Positions 37,509 through 43,428 of a stretch of DNA of 43,428 nucleotides are shown piece by piece; positions within the stretch are counted from its first letter, which is position 1; every line of letters starts with the position of its first letter. The notes below the pieces were generated by a model. It was given only the letters and a program-made list of their open reading frames with translations. It ran no database searches and was not told the DNA's origin. The stretch spans positions 111,790-155,217 of the forward strand of contig CP006914.1 in assembly GCA_000503835.1 (NCBI GenBank), read 5' to 3'. The DNA is from a candidate division WWE3 bacterium RAAC2_WWE3_1 (GTDB lineage: Bacteria > Patescibacteriota > WWE3 > UBA101185 > UBA10185). Position numbers and translations under genes: made by a program.

Positions 37509-38207
37509 TCAGTTAATTGAGTATGCTGCGTAATCTTTTGCCAGTGGAGTTTCGACGGCCGCTGTTTCCTCGTCGGACAGGTTTTCAAAATATTTTCTGA
37601 ACCCCCTGATAGAATTTCCGTGGCACGAAACGGCTATATTTAGGTTGTGTTGTTTCATCAAAGGAATCATCTCATCACAAAAAGACTTTACCCTCTCACA
37701 AACCATTTTTATGCTTTCTCCCCCGTCGGGTCTGTAGTCAAAGGACCTTCTTATTTTTAACAATAACTCCGGATCTTCCAATTGAATTTCCAGCTTACTT
37801 TTGCCTTGTAATAAGCCGTAAGAACGCTCTTTAATTCTTTCGTCGGTGTTTATTTCCAGAAGTGCGGCGTCCTTATTTAATGAACGTGCGATCTTCATTG
37901 TGTCTACAGCCCTAATCTGGGGGGAGGAGACCAGCATGTGTATTTTTTTGTCCTTTATCTTTTTAGCCAGTTCCAGAGCCTGTTCTTTACCTTCTTCAGT
38001 TAGTGCGGAGTCTCTCCAGCCGCTGAAGATAAAGTTGGCATTATCCTCAGTTTGACCGTGTCTGAAAATATACATGATAGGTCTGTCCGGGGACTCTGTT
38101 TTGGGTAATTTTTCGGCGTTTTTATAACTCAGGTAGGCCAGCGCCTCATCGACCTTTGTTTTGCCGTATTTCTTATAATAACGTTCTAAAACGGCAGCAT
38201 CTATCAT
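37509..38207 (-). CDS. gpmA: histidine phosphatase family protein, probable 2,3-BPG-dependent phosphoglycerate mutase
   Basis: Motifs RHGQT..N...FSGW.D, ERSYG.LQG, RRS, GES and HGNSIR. Adjacent to eno. Confidence 0.8.
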   Translation of the reverse strand: MIDAAVLERYYKKYGKTKVDEALAYLSYKNAEKLPKTESPDRPIMYIFRHGQTEDNANFIFSGWRDSALTEEGKEQALELAKKIKDKKIHMLVSSPQIRAVDTMKIARSLNKDAALLEINTDERIKERSYGLLQGKSKLEIQLEDPELLLKIRRSFDYRPDGGESIKMVCERVKSFCDEMIPLMKQHNLNIAVSCHGNSIRGFRKYFENLSDEETAAVETPLAKDYAAYSIN

Positions 38208-38242
38208 TTTTAAATCCTAGCACAAAATGTTATCATCTTGAA

Positions 38243-38893
38243 ATGGGTATAATTTCAGATGTAATTTCGTTTATTTTACACATAGACACCCACCTGGGAG
38301 AAATAATCGTTCAGTATGGCCCGTTATCATACGCTATTTTATTCATTATCATTTTCATAGAAACCGGTTTGGTTTTTACACCTTTTCTCCCCGGGGATTC
38401 GCTTCTCTTTGCTGCCGGTGCCTTCGCTGCCCTCGGTTCTTTTAACGTAGTCCTTCTTTTTTTTCTTTTATGGTTCGCCGCTTTTCTGGGCGACACGGTA
38501 AATTATTGGATCGGACATTTCTTCGGTCAAAGAATTGTAAGCAATCCGAAACTTCCTATAAAAAAAGAACATATAGACAAAACCCAGGCCTTTTATGACA
38601 AGCACGGCGGTAAGACTATATTTTTGGCCCGATTTATACCGATTGTCAGAACATTCGCACCATTTGTGGCAGGCATAGGAAGAATGAGCTACCGGCATTT
38701 TATAATGTATAACGTTCTGGGGGGTCTGGTGTGGGTTGCCTGTTTTCTCTTTGCGGGATATTTCTTCGGAAACATACCTAAAGTAAAAGAGAATTTTTCC
38801 CTGGTAGTTTTCGTGATAATCTTTTTGTCGATATTACCTATAATACTTGAATTTTTGAAAAACAAACTTCGTTCCGGAAGCAGAAAGATTTAG
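38243..38893 (+). CDS. dedA: DedA family membrane protein
   Basis: Motifs ETGLVFTPFLPGDSLLFAAG, GDTVNYWIG and ARFIPIVRTFAPFVAG. The track's 38156 start overlaps gpmA; the ATG at 38243 follows an extended -10. Confidence 0.93.
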   Translation: MGIISDVISFILHIDTHLGEIIVQYGPLSYAILFIIIFIETGLVFTPFLPGDSLLFAAGAFAALGSFNVVLLFFLLWFAAFLGDTVNYWIGHFFGQRIVSNPKLPIKKEHIDKTQAFYDKHGGKTIFLARFIPIVRTFAPFVAGIGRMSYRHFIMYNVLGGLVWVACFLFAGYFFGNIPKVKENFSLVVFVIIFLSILPIILEFLKNKLRSGSRKI

Positions 38894-38899
38894 CTCTTT

Positions 38900-39532
38900 C
38901 TAATTTTTGAATCTTCTGATAACCCCAGTAACTACGCCTTGGATGCTCAGGCTGGCGGCTTCTACAAAAATAGGATCCATTCTTTTATTTGCAGGCTGAA
39001 GCCTTATTCTGCCGTCACTTTCATGGTAGAGGGTTTTAAGGGTGGCGAATTCGTTGTCTATTAATGCTACGATTATCTGACCGTCCCTGGCTGTGTTTTG
39101 CTGTTGGATGACCACATGATCCCCGTCGAAAATACCCATGTCTATCATTGAGTCTCCTTTTACCTGAAGAACAAAGCACCTTTTTGTCTTGGAAACTATG
39201 TCTGAACTTACTGTAACGGTAGCCAGCGGGTTTTCATTAGCTTCGATGGGTTCTCCCGCGGCTATAAAGCCCACAAGGGGAAGTTCCACGGCGGAAAGCG
39301 AGGAATTAAAAGTTTTATCGAGTATCTCTATGCCCCTGACCGAACCTTCGTATTTTTTAATGACGCCCTTCTTTTCCAAAGCCTGGATATGTTCGTGCAC
39401 AGTGGCTAAAGAAGAAAGTTCCATAGAATCGGCAATTTCCTGCAGCGTGGGCGAGTGGCCGTTTACCTGGATATATTGTGAAATAAAGTCTAAAATTTGT
39501 TTCTGTCTTTTATAAAGGGTTACCGGACTCAT
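38900..39532 (-). CDS. lexA: SOS repressor LexA
   Basis: HTH region SPTLQEIA, cleavage site IAAGEP, catalytic Ser in GDSM and Lys in ATLK. Confidence 0.96.
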   Translation of the reverse strand: MSPVTLYKRQKQILDFISQYIQVNGHSPTLQEIADSMELSSLATVHEHIQALEKKGVIKKYEGSVRGIEILDKTFNSSLSAVELPLVGFIAAGEPIEANENPLATVTVSSDIVSKTKRCFVLQVKGDSMIDMGIFDGDHVVIQQQNTARDGQIIVALIDNEFATLKTLYHESDGRIRLQPANKRMDPIFVEAASLSIQGVVTGVIRRFKN

Positions 39533-39587
39533 TAAAAATCTCCTGTTAAATATTTACGGTTTTTCTTTGGTTTTTCAAGTCACTTTT

Positions 39588-39617
39588 ATACTACCGAACA
39601 TTATACGAATATGTCAA
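39588..39617 (-). promoter_or_regulatory. lexA promoter containing a candidate direct-repeat LexA box
   Basis: Minus strand: TTGACA (39617-39612), 18 nt, TAGTAT (39593-39588). The spacer holds CGAAC-N6-CGAAT (plus strand 39595-39610). Confidence 0.65.
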
Positions 39618-39658
39618 GAAGAAAAATGCCGTGAAGCTGGTTTAGGGTTTCACGGCAT
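39616..39658 (-). terminator. intrinsic terminator of the 52-aa ORF
   Basis: Perfect 10-bp stem ATGCCGTGAA/TTCACGGCAT followed on the minus strand by TTTTCTTCTT. Confidence 0.8.
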
Positions 39659-39720
39659 GTGTCACCGGGCGCGGTTGTATCAGGTGGGGATCCCTAGAAA
39701 CGCCCGGCGGATGTGGTTGA

Positions 39721-39879
39721 CTAAAACACGGCGATCAATATCCATACTGCTGCTGCAAAAACATAAGTTTGCCAGGAGCTTAGTAGGAACCCGATAATCA
39801 TGAAGGTTTCTCCCCAAAAAACTTCTGTCTTAGCTCTGCGGACATCGGCTTCTATGTTTACCAACCGTTCTTCGCTCAT
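39721..39879 (-). CDS. 52-aa small membrane protein (not in ORF track)
   Basis: Hand translation: MSEERLVNIEADVRRAKTEVFWGETFMIIGFLLSSWQTYVFAAAVWILIAVF*. SD AAGGAG (39890-39885) lies 5 nt before the ATG. Has its own promoter and terminator. Confidence 0.75.
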   Translation of the reverse strand: MSEERLVNIEADVRRAKTEVFWGETFMIIGFLLSSWQTYVFAAAVWILIAVF

Positions 39880-39909
39880 ATTCTCTCCTTTTCATTAAGA
39901 CCGAGGCTC

Positions 39910-39938
39910 ATTATAGTATTTCCCGCCACGCCACGCAA
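39910..39938 (-). promoter_or_regulatory. sigma70 promoter of the 52-aa ORF
   Basis: TTGCGT (39938-39933), 17 nt, TATAAT (39915-39910). Confidence 0.65.
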
Positions 39939-39980
39939 ATATTACCAAACAAAACCCAAAAGTATGATAAAATTTTGAAG

Positions 39981-41978
39981 ATGTTTAAACTCGTAGCCCC
40001 TTTTAAGCCGACGGGAGACCAGCCGGGCGCAATAAATCAGCTGACAAAAAAACTTGATTCAGGAATAAAAGATCAGGTTCTGTTAGGGGTTACAGGGAGC
40101 GGAAAAACTTTTGCAGTAGCGAGTGTTATAAAAAATGTTCAAAAACCGACCTTAGTAATTTCTCACAACAAAACTTTAGCCGCCCAACTTTATCAGGAAT
40201 TCAGAGAATTCTTCCCGGAAAACGCAGTAGAATATTTTGTCAGCTACTACGACTACTACCAGCCCGAAAGCTATATACCATCAACCGATACTTACATAGA
40301 AAAAGATTCGGATATAAATGAGAAGATTGATAAGCTAAGACTTTCCGCAACCACGTCATTAATGACCAGGAAGGACGTCATAGTTGTTTCTTCGGTTTCG
40401 TGCATTTACAACTTGGGAAGTCCTGCAGAATATTCTAAGGTGGCGCTGGAATTAAGGACAGGGATGAAAATACGCAAGATAGACTTGTTGAAAAGACTTT
40501 CCCAGATTTATTACGACCGGTCCGAATACGACTTTTATAGAGGTACGTACCGCGTAACAGGGGACGTAATTGATGTTTATCTGGCTTACCAGGATCACGC
40601 GCTCAGGCTCGAGTTATCAGACGACACTTTGATGAGCATAAATTATATGGATCCTTTAACCGGGCAGTATGTGCAACAGCAGTACCAGGATATGGCAGTT
40701 GTTTATCCTGCCAAACACTACGTGGCTCCCGAGGAAACCCGCCAGGCCGCTCTGGCGCAGATAAAAGAGGACCTGGCACTGAGGTTAGATTTTTTAAGAA
40801 AAGAAGGAAAACAACTTGAGGCTTACCGTCTTGAGCAAAGAACCAATTACGATTTGGAAATGATACAGGAGATCGGGTACTGCAAGGGAATTGAGAATTA
40901 CTCGCGCTATTTCGACGGCCGGAAACCGGGTGATGCCCCGCACTCATTGTTAGAATATTTTCCTAAGGATTATTTACTGGTAATAGACGAGTCTCACATC
41001 ACAGTTCCTCAGATAAGGGGTATGTACAACGGCGACCGTTCAAGGAAACAGGTTCTTGTAGATTATGGGTTCAGACTGCCGTCGGCTCTGGACAACAGAC
41101 CCCTTAACTTTGATGAGTTTCAGCAAAGGGTAAATCAAACAATTTATGTCAGTGCGACCCCCGACGAATGGGAGTTAGAAAAGTCAAAAAGTAACATCGC
41201 CGAAATTCTTATCAGACCGACAGGTATTATCGACCCCAAAGTTACGGTATTGCCCACAAAGGGACAGATTTCCGATTTATTGGAAAAAGTTAAAGAGAGA
41301 GTCGCCCGAAAAGAAAGGGTGCTTGTTACCACGCTGACGAAACGAATGGCTGAGGAAATGGCAGAATACCTTACTGAAAAGGGTATAAAAGTAACTTATC
41401 TCCACTCCGACATAGTTACTTTGGAAAGAACCGACATTTTGGACAACTTAAGAAGCGGTAAATATGATGTGCTGGTAGGTATTAACCTGTTACGGGAGGG
41501 TCTGGACCTGCCCGAAGTTTCTTTGGTGGCTATACTTGATGCTGACAAAGAAGGATTTTTGAGATCCGAAACTTCTCTTATTCAGACAATGGGTAGGGCG
41601 GCGAGGCATATTTCCGGAGAGGTAGTAATGTACGCGGACAACATGACGGGAAGTATGAAACGGGCTATTTCGGAAGTTGACCGTAGGCGCTCTATTCAGG
41701 TTAAGTACAACGCGGAACACGGCTTAGAACCTCAAAATATTTCCAAACCCATCCGCGAGAAATTAATAGATGAAGAATTGGAAGAGGTACTGGAAGAACA
41801 AAGAGGAAAAAGACACGGACGTGAGGAAATAGATTATCGTCAACTGCCCCCCAAAGAGTTGCAAAGAGAAATCAGAAATTTAGAAAAAGAGATGGTTTAT
41901 GAAGCTGAAGTTCTGAATTTTGAAAAGGCCGCGATCCTGCGTGACAGGGTCAGGGATCTGAAGAAACTCATCAACTGA
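39981..41978 (+). CDS. uvrB: excinuclease ABC subunit B
   Basis: Motifs PTGDQP, GVTGSGKT, YFVSYYDYYQPE, IDESH and GINLLREGLDLPEV, plus a C-terminal UVR domain. The ATG at 39981 is preferred over the TTG at 39975. Confidence 0.98.
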   Translation: MFKLVAPFKPTGDQPGAINQLTKKLDSGIKDQVLLGVTGSGKTFAVASVIKNVQKPTLVISHNKTLAAQLYQEFREFFPENAVEYFVSYYDYYQPESYIPSTDTYIEKDSDINEKIDKLRLSATTSLMTRKDVIVVSSVSCIYNLGSPAEYSKVALELRTGMKIRKIDLLKRLSQIYYDRSEYDFYRGTYRVTGDVIDVYLAYQDHALRLELSDDTLMSINYMDPLTGQYVQQQYQDMAVVYPAKHYVAPEETRQAALAQIKEDLALRLDFLRKEGKQLEAYRLEQRTNYDLEMIQEIGYCKGIENYSRYFDGRKPGDAPHSLLEYFPKDYLLVIDESHITVPQIRGMYNGDRSRKQVLVDYGFRLPSALDNRPLNFDEFQQRVNQTIYVSATPDEWELEKSKSNIAEILIRPTGIIDPKVTVLPTKGQISDLLEKVKERVARKERVLVTTLTKRMAEEMAEYLTEKGIKVTYLHSDIVTLERTDILDNLRSGKYDVLVGINLLREGLDLPEVSLVAILDADKEGFLRSETSLIQTMGRAARHISGEVVMYADNMTGSMKRAISEVDRRRSIQVKYNAEHGLEPQNISKPIREKLIDEELEEVLEEQRGKRHGREEIDYRQLPPKELQREIRNLEKEMVYEAEVLNFEKAAILRDRVRDLKKLIN

Positions 41979-42017
41979 TTGTTTGTAAGCAACTTTCAAA
42001 AATAGTACAGTTTTAAT

Positions 42018-42761
42018 ATGAGTGCAAATCCTTTTATTAACGATGCTGAGTCCGGCGGACGCAAGTTTGAGTTTAGTGAGCAGACAAACGAGCTCATCGA
42101 GTCCCTGACAAAAATAAAGGATTCGGCAGAGGCTCTCAATATCGCTGACAAACGTTATCACGGGCATGTTCTTGATGCTTTAAGAGATGTGGTGGGCGTT
42201 GATAGAGAAGCGGAGGGTACGTACAGGACATTTGAAAAGATTCACGAAAATGCCGGGGTTTTGAAGTCAGGTGTTACCCGGGAACTCGATAAGATGCCTG
42301 CTGTTACCGGGAACATTTTGAATGTCGATGAGCTGCAAATTAGAAAGATACTCGGTGACATTACAGACGAAAACTCACAGGAAAGATTTGCAGAGCTTAA
42401 GAACATTCAGGACCAAATCGCTTTGTACTACCACGGATTCATGAAAGATAGGTATGAAAACCTTAATTCGAGGAATCGGATCAGAGATAGAATAGAAGAG
42501 GCAGTCTACGAAACGCCGTCTTTAAAGAATAGGGCTTTGGAAGAGGAGAGGGCGTCAAATATCAGGGACGAAAGGGTTTCGGTCGTGGTAAGAAAATATA
42601 GTAGTCGTCTCGGAGCTTTTGTCGAGATAGTGAAAGAACTTAATTCTAAAGCAAAGGTTTTTGAAGTCGAGAACCTGGAACGAGTGGAACAAAGCTTTAA
42701 AGATTTCAACAGAGTAGTTGTCTCGGTCAAAAATAACTTAGAATCTGAGAAAAAGGCCTAA
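42018..42761 (+). CDS. hypothetical protein, charged and predominantly helical/coiled-coil
   Basis: 247-aa ORF filling the gap after uvrB. Promoter TTGTAA-17-TACAGT ends 6 nt before the ATG, and a terminator follows. Confidence 0.8.
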   Translation: MSANPFINDAESGGRKFEFSEQTNELIESLTKIKDSAEALNIADKRYHGHVLDALRDVVGVDREAEGTYRTFEKIHENAGVLKSGVTRELDKMPAVTGNILNVDELQIRKILGDITDENSQERFAELKNIQDQIALYYHGFMKDRYENLNSRNRIRDRIEEAVYETPSLKNRALEEERASNIRDERVSVVVRKYSSRLGAFVEIVKELNSKAKVFEVENLERVEQSFKDFNRVVVSVKNNLESEKKA

Positions 42762-42775
42762 TTACAATATAAACA

Positions 42776-42810
42776 TGCGCTCAACTTCCCGTTGACTCGC
42801 ACTTTTTTCT
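42776..42810 (+). terminator. probable intrinsic terminator overlapping the -35 of the next gene
   Basis: Hairpin TGCG-C-TCAAC-[TTCCC]-GTTGA-CT-CGCA followed by CTTTTTTCT. Confidence 0.55.
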
Positions 42811-42820
42811 AAACTAAAAT
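42792..42820 (+). promoter_or_regulatory. sigma70 promoter of the class A PBP gene
   Basis: TTGACT (42792-42797), 17 nt, TAAAAT (42815-42820). Confidence 0.7.
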
Positions 42821-42832
42821 CCAGATAGATAG

Positions 42833-43428
42833 ATGAAGAATATTCCAATATATATTGGGTCTTTATTGATAAAACTCGTAAAAAACACAGGCTACTTTTT
42901 TCTATATTTACACGACACCGCTTACAAGAATGTTAAGAAAGCAGTTCATGGTGTGAGGAGAAAGGCAAAAAGAAAAATAATCCCCGGATTCCGCATCCCT
43001 CCGGCTATTAAAAACATCCTACAGGTACCTTTTATAATTATCACCTCTCTAAATAACACTTTTAAAAGGATTCGTTTATTTTTGTTCGGTGTTCTCATAA
43101 CGATACTATTTGTATTTATTCCCTATGTGGTTCGCTCGTGGTTTAAGGAACTGCCGAATCCCGAGATGCTGACGATGGGGCAGAAATACGGTCCGACACA
43201 AATATTGGATAGGAACGGTGTTTTACTTTATGAGATTTATGCGGATAAAAAGTATGAGCCGGCGCCGCTCGAACGAATACCGGAAACTGTTGTTAACGCG
43301 ACGATTGCGGTAGAAGACTCCCTTTTTTATATACACGGCGGTTTAAGACCGGATAGCATACTCAGAGCCTTCAGGAAAACATTTATGGACGGGGATAAGC
43401 AGGGTGGCTCAACTATCACGCAGCAGCT
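42833..43428 (+). CDS. 3'-truncated class A penicillin-binding protein / GT51 transglycosylase (not in ORF track)
   Basis: The frame is open from the ATG at 42833 to the window end. It has a TM helix, ILDRNG..LY, IAVEDSLFYIHGG (motif 1) and QGGSTITQQ (motif 2). Confidence 0.92.
   Translation, partial: MKNIPIYIGSLLIKLVKNTGYFFLYLHDTAYKNVKKAVHGVRRKAKRKIIPGFRIPPAIKNILQVPFIIITSLNNTFKRIRLFLFGVLITILFVFIPYVVRSWFKELPNPEMLTMGQKYGPTQILDRNGVLLYEIYADKKYEPAPLERIPETVVNATIAVEDSLFYIHGGLRPDSILRAFRKTFMDGDKQGGSTITQQ

Noticed and set aside
39567-39797. 76-aa plus-strand ORF between lexA and uvrB
   Set aside because: It has a TTG start without an RBS, crosses the lexA promoter and two hairpins, and is antisense to the better-supported 52-aa ORF.
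1-43428. Alternative genetic code (UGA=Gly) as in Gracilibacteria/Absconditabacteria
   Set aside because: Conserved genes (rmlA, rmlC, recO, eno, uvrB) end in TGA at their expected lengths and none is interrupted, so code 11 fits.

Overview
This 43.4 kb window is a gene-dense bacterial chromosomal segment using genetic code 11 (TGA acts as stop). Gene content and promoter style suggest a Patescibacteria/CPR organism, probably the WWE3/Microgenomates group; this is inference only. Positions 1-23.9 kb are a large cell-surface glycan locus. It encodes several multi-TM GT-C-type glycosyltransferases, a SAM methyltransferase, six GT4-type and one GT2 glycosyltransferases, an O-antigen-ligase/ArnT fusion protein, a Wzx flippase, rmlD<>rmlABC, a priming phosphoglycosyl transferase and a DUF4012 protein. 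Positions 23.9-43.4 kb hold housekeeping genes: recO, glyQS, mraZ-rsmH-ftsL-ftsI, yraN, an LCP protein, a two-component pair, pmm/pgm, ppsA, eno, gpmA, dedA, lexA, uvrB, a hypothetical protein and a partial class A PBP. No rRNA, tRNA, CRISPR array or transposase was seen. The most unusual signal is two microprotein genes missing from the ORF track: a 57-aa Cys/His protein at 4241-4414 (+) and a 52-aa membrane protein at 39721-39879 (-) between lexA and uvrB. Each has its own promoter and strong Shine-Dalgarno (SD) site. Both have the same 3' layout of ACATCCGC, a hairpin and a terminator whose tail is complementary to the gene's own RBS and AUG, reminiscent of type I toxin mRNAs. Also visible are a direct-repeat candidate LexA box, a 10-bp-periodic MraZ box and many apparently leaderless promoters. 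All calls come from reading motifs by eye; no database searches were run.
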